This document shows positions 10,364 through 19,224 of a stretch of DNA of 64,000 nt, in pieces. Source of the stretch: Candidatus Terrybacteria bacterium RIFCSPHIGHO2_01_FULL_43_35 (GTDB lineage Bacteria > Patescibacteriota > Minisyncoccia > Terrybacterales > GWB1-40-14); contig MHSR01000013.1 of the NCBI GenBank assembly GCA_001822815.1, forward strand, positions 149,093 through 213,092, given 5' to 3'. Both the position numbers and the translations under genes were made by a program. A model generated the notes under the pieces. It was not told the DNA's origin, did no database searches, and saw only the letters and a list, made by a program, of their open reading frames with translations. Each line of letters begins with the position of its first letter. Within the stretch, counting starts at the first letter, position 1.

Positions 10364-12343
10364 ATGAAACATCACGCCTCGCATCAAAATAAGTTTTTAA
10401 GTCGCCAGTTTTTAGTTGTTTTCGCGGCTTTTTTACTTGGCGCAGGCTTTTTGTTTTTTGCGCCAAGCGCGCTAGCTGTAACGTGTTCAGTAGAGTATAC
10501 CTACTGTCCTTCTTCTTGCCCGTCTAGCCCGAACCTTAGTTTGCCAGACAACTGCACGAGCTATGCCAATACTTATTCTTGTACAGGCGCTGAATCTTTT
10601 GGCGGTGCAGCAAGGCGCTATAGAACCACAACGTCATACTATTGGGGTAGCCCAAGTAAGTATTGCTATTCTTCGATGGCAGAATTTGGGTGCGTATATA
10701 CGCGACTTACAAGTTCCAGTAGAGTTGATTGCACTGCTGGTTACACAAACTCGCCCTGCTCTTCCGAAACTCCACCTGGAAGCAAATTGTATAGTCAATG
10801 CCCATCTAATTCATCACAAAATTTAGATTGGGCCTGTAAATACCGTTTGTGTCGGGTATCAAACGCAACGTGTGGGGGGCCTGACAGCGGGTGGTTTAAC
10901 GGCGTTATATGTGTATATTCTTCATGCGGTACCGATTCATGTATCAGTTCCACTACGCTTCGTGATCGGCACTGCTCAACATCAAGCGATACGTGTACTT
11001 ATACCGATGTTAATTGCGGTTCGCCCAGCTATAGTTGCAGCGGCGACACCATTAATTATTGCAACCGAGGGTGTTCAAGCGCATCTTGTTTCAGTTCATG
11101 TTCTTCGGTCGCAACTTGCAGTAATGTTACCGGATCGTCATATTGTTCCGGGACACAATCGGCAACAAAGGTTGTACATAACGTTACCGATAAATATTGC
11201 AGTAGCGGCTCCAGCACGTGCGGAACCGGCTCAATCAGCGTTGTTACGGATAGAACCTGCACAACTTCATATTCTTGTAGCGCAGATAATACAAGCGTTA
11301 TTGCAACCTGCAGTGCGACTGGCGGCTCGCCCCAAAGAACCTGTTCCGACACTTGGACTAGCCAAACTTGCGCCGCAAACCAGATTTGTTCAGCCGGAGC
11401 ATGCATTGCAGATGCCGCACCAATAGTAACCACTACCCCAGCAACGTCTATAACACAGACATCCGCGACCCTTAACGGCACGGTCAATCCAAACGGCTAC
11501 GCAACCACAGCTTGGTTTAGATACAGTACTACAAGCCCAGGAGGCTGTAATGACATCTTTGGCACTCGCGCACCAGCAAGTGGAGGTTTTAGTGCCGGCA
11601 GCGGTACTTCAGCGCTCGCGTATCCCCAGGGCATTTCTGGCTTGACCGAAGGCAACACTTATTATTATTGCGCTATTGCCAATAATTCTGGTGGTAATGG
11701 TTACGGCGCCATATTGTCATTTTTGACGTCTAGCGCGGCACCAGTTACGCTTTCGGCGTCATTGTCAGCAAATCCAGCTTCGGGGTCAGCGCCATTTGAT
11801 ACCACACTGACCACAAATGTTGTTTATGACGGCAATATTTCAGACACGATAAATTACAGTTATTGGTGGGACTGTTCCGATGTCACCAATAGTGTTGCGG
11901 GAGCCTCGGCCTCCTGTGGAATTCTTCCGTCTCCTGCCGCCGGCTCATGCGCATCAAATAGCGACGGCCACAAATGCAATGCGGTTTTAACCAATCCCCA
12001 TTCTGTTGGTAATATCTATGCTTCCACCGGAAGCTATACAGCCAAAGTTATCGTTGAAAGAGGAGGCGCTACTCCGGCCACAAGCTCAGCGCCGATTTCC
12101 GTAGGCGTTTTACCGCCTGTGACAGGTTGCATAAATGAATGTTATCCGCCAAACACTAACGAATGCACTACTCTAACTTCTTACCGTACATGTGGTGAAG
12201 TCGGCGATGGCGATGCCTGTTTGGAGTGGGTGCCGCTTGGAGCTGTGCCAGGCGCTACCGCTACTCCATGCCCCACGGGCTATACTTGTCTTGTCGGCCA
12301 ATGTTTTCCCGTGCCAGGTTGGATAGAAGTTCCACCGAAATAA
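10364..12343 (+). CDS. Secreted cysteine-rich surface protein with FN3/PKD-like modules
   Basis: Signal peptide ending ALA; dense Cys/Ser/Thr repeats; TTTPATSIT..SATLNGTVNPNG..YYY module; C-terminus GWIEVPPK; start ATG 10364. Confidence 0.8.
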   Translation: MKHHASHQNKFLSRQFLVVFAAFLLGAGFLFFAPSALAVTCSVEYTYCPSSCPSSPNLSLPDNCTSYANTYSCTGAESFGGAARRYRTTTSYYWGSPSKYCYSSMAEFGCVYTRLTSSSRVDCTAGYTNSPCSSETPPGSKLYSQCPSNSSQNLDWACKYRLCRVSNATCGGPDSGWFNGVICVYSSCGTDSCISSTTLRDRHCSTSSDTCTYTDVNCGSPSYSCSGDTINYCNRGCSSASCFSSCSSVATCSNVTGSSYCSGTQSATKVVHNVTDKYCSSGSSTCGTGSISVVTDRTCTTSYSCSADNTSVIATCSATGGSPQRTCSDTWTSQTCAANQICSAGACIADAAPIVTTTPATSITQTSATLNGTVNPNGYATTAWFRYSTTSPGGCNDIFGTRAPASGGFSAGSGTSALAYPQGISGLTEGNTYYYCAIANNSGGNGYGAILSFLTSSAAPVTLSASLSANPASGSAPFDTTLTTNVVYDGNISDTINYSYWWDCSDVTNSVAGASASCGILPSPAAGSCASNSDGHKCNAVLTNPHSVGNIYASTGSYTAKVIVERGGATPATSSAPISVGVLPPVTGCINECYPPNTNECTTLTSYRTCGEVGDGDACLEWVPLGAVPGATATPCPTGYTCLVGQCFPVPGWIEVPPK

Positions 12344-12374
12344 AGGCAAGTCAATAGTTTAGTGGTAATTGGAT

Positions 12375-12408
12375 AAAAACCGTTCGTTGCAATAACTGGA
12401 CGGTTTTT
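12375..12408 (+). terminator. Intrinsic terminator
   Basis: aaaaaccgttc...ggacggttttt. Confidence 0.7.
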
Positions 12409-12426
12409 GTTGGAACTGACATTTGC

Positions 12427-12700
12427 AAATATCTAATTCCTAATTTATTCAAAAGATACAAGGTACAAGAAACAATAACCAAACAAATCTCAAGCTCCAA
12501 ATTTCAATAAACAAACACGTTTGGATATTGATGATTGGTTATTGGATATTGTCTGTATCCCATCGGGTCTGAGTCCCTCAGGTCGTTCAGACTCTGAAGA
12601 GCCTTCAGACTCAAAGAGATCGAAGACTTATTTCTTGATTATTGTATTTTATTTTTTGCGTTGTTATTTTGCGCTTTTCGCTTTACATTTTTCATTTTAG
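12427..12700. repeat. Heptamer-periodic inverted repeat with nested REP-like palindromes
   Basis: gatacaa ggtacaa gaaacaa arms vs ttggata ttgatga ttggtta; inserted ggtctgagtccctcaggtcgttcagactctgaagagccttcagactcaaagagatcgaagac. Confidence 0.65.
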
Positions 12701-12709
12701 TATAAAGGC

Positions 12710-14260
12710 ATGACTCCCGCCGCGCTTATAATTCTTGATGGTTTCGGAATAGGGAAACCCAATTTGGGCAACGCCATTTATCGCGCCCGCACCCCAACTT
12801 TTGATTATTTAAACAAAAGCGCGTTCGTCGCGGCCCTGCAGGCTTCCGGTACGGCAGTGGGTTTGCCGTGGGGCGAAGCAGGCAATTCAGAAGTCGGGCA
12901 TCTAACCATAGGTGCTGGACAAATAATCTACCAGTATCTTCCGCGTATAAGCATGGCCATACGCGACGGCTCTTTCTTCAACAATTGGGCGCTTGAAGGC
13001 GCGGCTAAATATGTTCGCGCGCAAAACACCACCCTACATCTGATGGGTCTCGTGTCTTCAGGTAGTGTCCACGCCTACATAGATCATTTGTATGGTTTAC
13101 TTGAGCTCGCCAAAAAAGAAGGCATTGGAAAAGTCGCGGTTCATGTTTTCACTGACGGTAAAGACGCTTTGCCCAACGAGGCCATCAAGTTCCTGCCAGC
13201 GGTTGAAGAACGCATGCGGCGCATAGGAGTTGGCCGCATCGCCAGTATTATTGGCCGTCACTGGAGTATGGACAGGGATCAAAACTGGGACAGGATAGAA
13301 AAAGCTTATCGGCTTTTGACGGCAGGGGAGGGCATTGCTATTGAGGATATAGCCTCTTATATTGACAAGGCTTATAAACAGGGCCTGACCGATGACAGGC
13401 TTGAGCCTGCATTGGTTTTGACCGCTGACGGGCATGCCGATATAATTCGCGACAAAGATGCGGTTATCTTTTTTAATTTTAGAGAAGATTCTGCAAGACA
13501 GCTGACCCGCGCATTTGTAGATGAAAAATTTGAATACTTCAGCCGTGAACGACTTGAACATCTGCGATTTGTCACCATGACCGAATATGAAAAAGACCTT
13601 CGGGCTCGCGCGGCATTCCTACCACCGCTGGTTTCTTCTACTTTGGGCAAGGTTATTGCCGATAGAGATTTAAGCCAGCTTCGCGTGGCCGAAACAGAAA
13701 AATACGCACACATCACATATTTTTTTGACGGCGCCAAGGAAGAAGTATATCCGAAAGAGGAGAGAGTTTTGATACCGTCGCAAAGCGTTGCGCATACCGA
13801 CGATCATCCCGAGATGCGCGCGCCTGAAATAACCACAGCAATAGTCAATGCATTGGAAAAAGGAAATTTCTCTTTTATCGCCGCCAACTTTGCAAATGCC
13901 GATATGGTAGGACACACCGGCAATATCGAAGCTGCCATTCGCGCAGTAGAATTTCTAGACAGCGCGATGAACAGGATATTACGTGCGATAACCAAACATA
14001 ATTATGCCTTGATTATTACGGCTGACCACGGTAACGCCGAGCAAAAACTTGATCCAATGACCGGGCAGCGCCTTTCGGAGCACACAACCAACCCCGTGCC
14101 GTTTTATGCCATAGGCGCAAACGTGCGCGGTCAAGGAATTAACGGCCCGCTTTATAATCTGGATGCAAGCGGATATTTGGCAGACGTGGCCCCCACTATT
14201 CTTACTCTGATGGGCATTGACGCGCCCGCAGAGATGACCGGGCGAAACCTACTTGAATAA
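12710..14260 (+). CDS. gpmI: 2,3-bisphosphoglycerate-independent phosphoglycerate mutase
   Basis: LIILDGFG, GNSEVGH, AETEKYAH, NADMVGHTG, TADHGNAE. Confidence 0.98.
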   Translation: MTPAALIILDGFGIGKPNLGNAIYRARTPTFDYLNKSAFVAALQASGTAVGLPWGEAGNSEVGHLTIGAGQIIYQYLPRISMAIRDGSFFNNWALEGAAKYVRAQNTTLHLMGLVSSGSVHAYIDHLYGLLELAKKEGIGKVAVHVFTDGKDALPNEAIKFLPAVEERMRRIGVGRIASIIGRHWSMDRDQNWDRIEKAYRLLTAGEGIAIEDIASYIDKAYKQGLTDDRLEPALVLTADGHADIIRDKDAVIFFNFREDSARQLTRAFVDEKFEYFSRERLEHLRFVTMTEYEKDLRARAAFLPPLVSSTLGKVIADRDLSQLRVAETEKYAHITYFFDGAKEEVYPKEERVLIPSQSVAHTDDHPEMRAPEITTAIVNALEKGNFSFIAANFANADMVGHTGNIEAAIRAVEFLDSAMNRILRAITKHNYALIITADHGNAEQKLDPMTGQRLSEHTTNPVPFYAIGANVRGQGINGPLYNLDASGYLADVAPTILTLMGIDAPAEMTGRNLLE

Positions 14261-14289
14261 GAAGCTAAATTTGAAATTAAGATTATTTT

Positions 14290-15261
14290 ATGGCTAAGCG
14301 CAAAAACATTGTTGTGATTGGCGGGGGCACAGGCGTTTTTAATGTCTTATCCGGGCTTAAGCATTCACGTCACAATCTTTCGGCAATTGTAACCATGGCC
14401 GATGACGGCGGCTCAACTGGTTTTTTGCGTGCCGAATTCGGTATTCTTCCTCCAGGTGATATAAGACGAGTGTTGGTAGCACTTTCACATAATGAAAAAA
14501 CCTTGGCAGATCTGTTCACCTATCGTTTTGAAGAAGGCAAGGGGCTTGCCGGACACAGTTTAGGTAATTTGTTGCTGGCCGCACTTGAACGCCTACACGG
14601 CTCTTTTGATCGGGCGGTTGAAGAGGCTGGCGTAATCCTGCAGATTCGCGGCCAGGTAATTCCGGTTACTTTTGACAATATACGTCTCGTGGCACACCTT
14701 GCCGACGGCCGGATTATAAAAGGCGAAGCAAATATAGATAGGCCAAAAGGTAACGGTAAACGTTCAAAAATCGTCAGAGTAAAACTTATTCCTAAGGCTA
14801 AAGCTAATCCCAAGGCGCTTGAAGTGATTCGTAAGGCAGATTTAATTGTTCTTGGGCCAGGCGATTTATATACCTCTATAATTCCTAATCTGTTAGTGCG
14901 GGGTATTGCGAGCGCCATAACCAAATCTAGAGCCAAGAAAGTTTTTGTTGTAAATATAATGACCAAGCGCGGCGAGACCGACGGATTTTCTGTTCACCAC
15001 TTTGTCGAAATTGTTGAAAGGTATCTCGGGCCCCAAAAAACACTCTCGCATATAGTGATTAATACCGGCGTTCCAGAAAAGAAACTTCTCAAGAAATATA
15101 AAAAAACTGAAGGCGCAGAGCTGGTTATTTATAAGGGAGAATTTATAAGACCCCAGCATTTCCGGGTTCAAACCGCCTCGTTCATCAGAAAGAATAGCAA
15201 ATTCATCAGGCATGATCCTAAAAAGCTTGCTAGGGCGCTTATCTCTATAGTGCGGGGTTAA
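14290..15261 (+). CDS. yvcK: YvcK/UPF0052 UDP-GlcNAc-binding gluconeogenesis factor
   Basis: GGGTG, ADDGGSTG, PPGDIR, GHSLGNL, GPGDLYTSIIPNL, RHD. Confidence 0.95.
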   Translation: MAKRKNIVVIGGGTGVFNVLSGLKHSRHNLSAIVTMADDGGSTGFLRAEFGILPPGDIRRVLVALSHNEKTLADLFTYRFEEGKGLAGHSLGNLLLAALERLHGSFDRAVEEAGVILQIRGQVIPVTFDNIRLVAHLADGRIIKGEANIDRPKGNGKRSKIVRVKLIPKAKANPKALEVIRKADLIVLGPGDLYTSIIPNLLVRGIASAITKSRAKKVFVVNIMTKRGETDGFSVHHFVEIVERYLGPQKTLSHIVINTGVPEKKLLKKYKKTEGAELVIYKGEFIRPQHFRVQTASFIRKNSKFIRHDPKKLARALISIVRG

Positions 15262-15295
15262 TACTAGCAACAAAGATCGAAAACCGCTTAACCAA

Positions 15296-16477
15296 ATGCT
15301 AAAGTTTGTTTTTTCAAACAACATTATTCACCGCCACGTTTTCTCAAATAACTTACAGCGGGCTTATTTTGCCACTGCCGCGCGCAACTTTGGGGTTTCC
15401 ATGATAGCTATTTTTGAGCCTTTATATCTTATTAAGATACTAAGGAATCATGGCGTGGCACACGAAATAACATTAGTTTTGCTTTATTTCGGAGTCATTT
15501 TTTTATTCTACGGTCTTTTGTGTCCGCTCGGCGCAAGACTAGCCTCAAGATATGGGCTCAAGACTGTAATATTGGTAAGCGCTCCGTTTTTGTTCGCGTA
15601 CTATACGGCTCTGCTTTATGCCTCCCATGCGCCGCTATTTATAATTGTGGCGCTGGTCGTGCAGATAATAAACAAGACTCTTTATTGGCCAGCCTTTCAT
15701 TTTTTCTTTGCTAAATCCGGAAGCGACGACCACCGTGGCAGGGAAGTGTCCGGTTCTTTAATGATTGGCGGCGTGGCGGCTATGATAGGTCCGCCATTGG
15801 GCGGGCTTATAATTTCTGTTTTTGGTTTCCCGGCGCTTTTTGCTACAGTATTGCTTGTCTTGACTCTTATGGCTGTGCCATTTCTTTTTATTGAAGAAGT
15901 CCGTCCAGATTATCACGGTAATCTTCTCACTGAATTCAAAAACGTGCTTTCAAAAGATTCGCGCAATAATTCCATAGCCTTTGCCGCGCGCGGCATAGAA
16001 GATACCACCAATGGAGTGTTTTGGCCCATTTTCCTTTTTTTGCAGGCGACTTCTTTTTTTGCCATCGGACTTATAATGTTTGCGGCTACGGCGGTTATTC
16101 TTACGGCCACGTTTTTGATAGGCCAGATAAGCGATAAGGTTGACAAACGTTTGATTCTGCGGGGCGGCGTAATTATTACTTCTTTGGTTTGGTTTAGCCG
16201 CATGTTCATCAAGACTCCCTTTCAGGCTCTGACCACAAATCTATTTTATGGTTTTGGTATCACTACCGTTGCCGTGCCATTTGCCTCTATCTTTTACGGA
16301 GCAGTAGCTAAAGAAGGCCAGAATCCTTATCATGCTGTTATTGTTCGGGAGGTTGCCAGAAATTTGAGTATAACAGTCTTCATGGTTATTTGTGCCTTGA
16401 TTTTGCCCCTCATTCCAAATATAGGCGTTCTTTTCCCGGCAGTATCTCTGATCACACTATTTATTTCTAAGATTTGA
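15296..16477 (+). CDS. MFS transporter
   Basis: About 12 hydrophobic segments; GARLASRYGLK and GQISDKVDKR motif-A-like loops. Confidence 0.85.
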   Translation: MLKFVFSNNIIHRHVFSNNLQRAYFATAARNFGVSMIAIFEPLYLIKILRNHGVAHEITLVLLYFGVIFLFYGLLCPLGARLASRYGLKTVILVSAPFLFAYYTALLYASHAPLFIIVALVVQIINKTLYWPAFHFFFAKSGSDDHRGREVSGSLMIGGVAAMIGPPLGGLIISVFGFPALFATVLLVLTLMAVPFLFIEEVRPDYHGNLLTEFKNVLSKDSRNNSIAFAARGIEDTTNGVFWPIFLFLQATSFFAIGLIMFAATAVILTATFLIGQISDKVDKRLILRGGVIITSLVWFSRMFIKTPFQALTTNLFYGFGITTVAVPFASIFYGAVAKEGQNPYHAVIVREVARNLSITVFMVICALILPLIPNIGVLFPAVSLITLFISKI

Positions 16478-16480
16478 TAT

Positions 16481-16631
16481 ATGCCCAGTAGAGCTATCTC
16501 GACAGTTCTTTTTGCTCTCGCAAAAAGAACAAGCAGGACTGGGAGAGTATATCAAAAATAAACAATTACCTTTAATTCATTCCGTCTTTTAGCATTTGTT
16601 TGCTAAACGTCGAGATAATTCTACTGGGTAT
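16481..16631. mobile_element. MITE-like element with 23-bp terminal inverted repeats
   Basis: atgcccagtagagctatctcgac / gtcgagataattctactgggtat, 20/23 complementary. Confidence 0.7.
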
Positions 16632-16761
16632 GCCAGGTAGTGATCCCGCTCCAACATGCGTTAGTTTGTAGAATCATTATTTGGCCCGTGTTTATAAAAA
16701 AGACTAATTTTTAACATCCCGCTTTAATAAAGAATTATGGGGCGGGACTACTACCTGGTAT
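16630..16761. mobile_element. Second MITE-like element with 24-bp terminal inverted repeats, abutting the first
   Basis: atgccaggtagtgatcccgctcca / tggggcgggactactacctggtat, 20/24 complementary. Confidence 0.7.
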
Positions 16762-17302
16762 GAGTTTAGATATATATATTTTTAATTTTCTGCATCAACT
16801 GGCCGGAAAGAACGTTTTTCTGGACGGTTTCATTTTCTGGTCAGCGGAAATTCTGCCTTATGTTTTTGCTTTGGTCTTGTGGAGCTGGATTATAACAAGA
16901 ACTAAAAATTACGCCGAAAGAAAATATGTTATATTGATTGGCGTAATTGGCATAGTGTCGGCCATTATTTCCCGCTTTTTGCTGGTCACATTAATACGTT
17001 TATTTATTGAACGGCCGCGGCCCTTTGTTGAGCTTTGGCTTACACCACTGTTTTCGCACGAAGCATCAACCTCTTTTCCTTCGGGACACGCCGCCTTCTT
17101 TTTTGCTCTTGTTCCGGTCATGTTTTTGCTTTCGCGCAAAGCCGGATGGGTTTATCTCGTCGTAGCAATTTTAATGGGGCTCTCCCGCATCATCGCTGGC
17201 GTCCATTGGCCTTCTGATATTTTGGCCGGAGCGCTTATCGGTTTGGCGGTCGGATGGTGCATAATGAGATACGCTCTAAAAATCCATAAATTATTGCGGT
17301 GA
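16760..17302 (+). CDS. PAP2 phosphatase, BcrC-like undecaprenyl-PP phosphatase
   Basis: RxxxxRPRP, SFPSGH, SRIIAGVHWPSD. Confidence 0.92.
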   Translation: MSLDIYIFNFLHQLAGKNVFLDGFIFWSAEILPYVFALVLWSWIITRTKNYAERKYVILIGVIGIVSAIISRFLLVTLIRLFIERPRPFVELWLTPLFSHEASTSFPSGHAAFFFALVPVMFLLSRKAGWVYLVVAILMGLSRIIAGVHWPSDILAGALIGLAVGWCIMRYALKIHKLLR

Positions 17303-17330
17303 ACAATCGCAATCGGCAACTTTCCCTAAT

Positions 17331-17356
17331 AAAAAAGCGGTATTAAGCCGCTTTTA
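17331..17356. terminator. Bidirectional intrinsic terminator
   Basis: aaaaaagcggt-atta-agccgcttttt between convergent genes. Confidence 0.75.
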
Positions 17357-17596
17357 TTATATACTGTAGTTATCTTGTGGCGCTGGTCTGCATTTCTTGC
17401 AAGGTCTATAACCCGCCGCTACCGCATCTTCCCAAGACATGAAGAAAACACGATTTACTTTTTTCATCTTCAATCCAGATTTACAATCTAATCTGCCGAA
17501 AATTTTCCCCGGTTTCCACCCCGCATATCGACCAGGGACAGTACTCTTAACAATCACCCCATCTTTTAGAATTTTATACACCTTTTCCAAGCTCAA
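17357..17596 (-). CDS. Stand-alone Ada metal-binding domain protein
   Basis: IFGRLDC...NRVFF..WEDAVAAGYRPCKKCRP. Confidence 0.88.
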   Translation of the reverse strand: MSLEKVYKILKDGVIVKSTVPGRYAGWKPGKIFGRLDCKSGLKMKKVNRVFFMSWEDAVAAGYRPCKKCRPAPQDNYSI

Positions 17597-17701
17597 TTTT
17601 TACGTCTCCGCAAAGAACTAAAGATAAAATAGCACTCATCGTGCTATTTTACAATAGTATTGTAGAAAAGTAAAAAGCCGACAGTTAGTCGGCATAACGA
17701 T

Positions 17702-17926
17702 TTAGGCGGACGTAGGCGTCATTGAATTAAACAGTGTCCAATCTGCCTCGGTCGCTAGTAGCTCATTGAGAACCCTTAAACTATGCATTGAATTAGAACA
17801 GTTTGGTCTTGCCTTCTCGTGGGCATCGGCGATGAGATAACAAACACTCATAACATCCGAGTGCTTTTCGTATTCTACTTCTCCACGAACTTTACAAATT
17901 TCACAGAACCACTTCTGTTTAGACAC
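17702..17926 (-). CDS. Small hypothetical protein with CxxC and H..C (possible Zn-binding)
   Basis: Own promoter TTGACA-16-TATACT, SD gagggg, downstream terminator gccgac-taact-gtcggc-ttttt. Confidence 0.65.
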   Translation of the reverse strand: MSKQKWFCEICKVRGEVEYEKHSDVMSVCYLIADAHEKARPNCSNSMHSLRVLNELLATEADWTLFNSMTPTSA

Positions 17927-17956
17927 GCATCTCCCCTCTTTGTATTTTCAGGAACT

Positions 17957-17989
17957 TTCAACAGTATATCCTGGCAAATCACACTGTCA
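17957..17989 (-). promoter_or_regulatory. Sigma70-type promoter for the gene at 17702-17926
   Basis: Minus strand reads ttgaca-gtgtgatttgccagga-tatact. Confidence 0.6.
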
Positions 17990-18059
17990 AGAATTTAAAG
18001 GTTCTAACCAACTTCACCCGGTAATGAAAAAGTCCCGCGAATCAGGGATTTTTCTCCTG

Positions 18060-18130
18060 AGCGAGTGAAGGGAATCGAACCCTCGTATCCAGTTTGGAAA
18101 ACTGGCGCACTACCATTGTGCTACACTCGC
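18060..18130 (-). tRNA. tRNA-Gly(TCC)
   Basis: gcgagtg acceptor stem, ccagt-ttTCCaa-actgg anticodon arm, ggttcgattcc T arm. Confidence 0.96.
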
Positions 18131-18194
18131 ATGTTTGATTGTTCGCTCAAATTTGCGAGAGAAAACTAGAGTTTTCGCCCTACGGCGAAATCCT

Positions 18195-18264
18195 GGGAAA
18201 TTTTTAACGCTCCGCGAGGACGCTCCGCTAAATTTCCCGCGCGACACAAGCAGTTGTGTCGCGC
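18195..18264. repeat. tRNA-associated two-hairpin element, copy 1
   Basis: gggaaatttttaacgctcc...ctaaatttccc followed by gcgcgacaca-agcagt-tgtgtcgcgc. Confidence 0.8.
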
Positions 18265-18292
18265 CCACATACGATACCCGCATGATCGATTT

Positions 18293-18589
18293 TTATTTTA
18301 GCAAAATATTCTTAATGCGTTTTACCTCTTGTTCAACAATCTCCCCGTCGTATTCTCCGCCGTGAGCACTCGTCCCCATATAAGAAGGTTTTTTCTGGTC
18401 TAAATGAAGTTTTAATACAACTCCCGCATTATTAAAAGAGATATAAATATGAAATCGCGGATAATCTATGCCCTGAAGCGGACGTTCATAACTTATTTGA
18501 CCGGATTTAAAGTATCTGTGTTCCATATAACCCGCTTCGCGCATGGCATAGCGAAGATTTTGCTTTAGCTCTCCGATGATTATATCCAT
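18293..18589 (-). CDS. Conserved hypothetical protein
   Basis: YPRFHIY...LHLDQKKPSYMGTSAHGGEYDG; start ATG 18589 (the longer ORF overlaps a tRNA fragment). Confidence 0.75.
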   Translation of the reverse strand: MDIIIGELKQNLRYAMREAGYMEHRYFKSGQISYERPLQGIDYPRFHIYISFNNAGVVLKLHLDQKKPSYMGTSAHGGEYDGEIVEQEVKRIKNILLK

Positions 18590-18624
18590 AAAAATGTTTG
18601 AGTGCAGGAATATTAAAAACTGTG

Positions 18625-18647
18625 TCGGGGTGCTGGGAGAACTCGGC
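18625..18647 (-). pseudogene. Degenerate 3' fragment of tRNA-Pro
   Basis: tcggggtgctggga-gaactcggc aligns with intact tcggggtgccgagaattgaactcggt. Confidence 0.6.
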
Positions 18648-18663
18648 CTCATTAAGTCCTAAG

Positions 18664-18734
18664 TCGGGGTGCCGAGAATTGAACTCGGTCTTCGTGCTCC
18701 CAAAGCACGCGTACTGCCGGTATACTACACCCCG
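18664..18734 (-). tRNA. tRNA-Pro(TGG)
   Basis: cggggtg acceptor stem, cgtgc-ttTGGga-gcacg anticodon arm, ccgag-ttcaatt-ctcgg T arm. Confidence 0.95.
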
Positions 18735-18764
18735 ACTTAGGACTTAATTTTTTGTAGGAACCCC

Positions 18765-18913
18765 GGGCATTTTTAAACGCTCAACAGGGACGTTTCGTTA
18801 AAATGCCCGCGAGAAACGAGCAGTCGTTTTGTATAGGTACCCAGGGAAATTTTTAACGCTCCGCCGGGAGGCTCCGCTAAATTTCCCGCTTGAGCCAAGC
18901 AGTTGGCTCAAGC
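18765..18913. repeat. tRNA-associated two-hairpin element, copies 2 (18765-18832) and 3 (18844-18913)
   Basis: gggcattttt..aaaatgccc + aaacg-agcagt-cgttt; gggaaattt..aaatttccc + gcttgagcca-agcagt-tggctcaagc. Confidence 0.8.
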
Positions 18914-19064
18914 CCCAAAGCACGCGTACTACCACTATACGACTCCCTGGCGTTAAAAGGTGGGCGGGCAAGAAGCACGCGTACTGCCAGCATATCCCGA
19001 CGTTCAAGTCGGGATCCCGACTTCAATCAATAAATTATTGATAGTGCATCGGGACGACACCCCG
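18913..19064 (-). pseudogene. Two degenerate 5' halves of tRNA-Pro, the distal one interrupted by a palindromic repeat
   Basis: Minus strand cagggagtcgtatagtggtagtacgcgtgctttgggg (18913-18949) and cggggtgtcg[tcccga..tcggga]tatgctggcagtacgcgtgctt (18973-19064). Confidence 0.7.
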
Positions 19065-19224
19065 TTTTAAAAGCCTTAAATTCTAAGGGCTTACGCTATA
19101 AATATGCTATAATATAAGTAATAAAAGCGCGATAGGCAAGACAAGTTCGCGTTTATATTTAGCCCAATTTAATAAGGGTTCAAAAAGGGCATTTTGGAAC
19201 TGTGCGGCATTTGATCCCACCAAC

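Noticed and set aside
18135-19041. ORFs 18135-18365 and 18829-19041 sharing PGKFLTLR..APLNFP
   Set aside because: The similarity is just translation of the non-coding repeat; the ORFs overlap tRNA remnants
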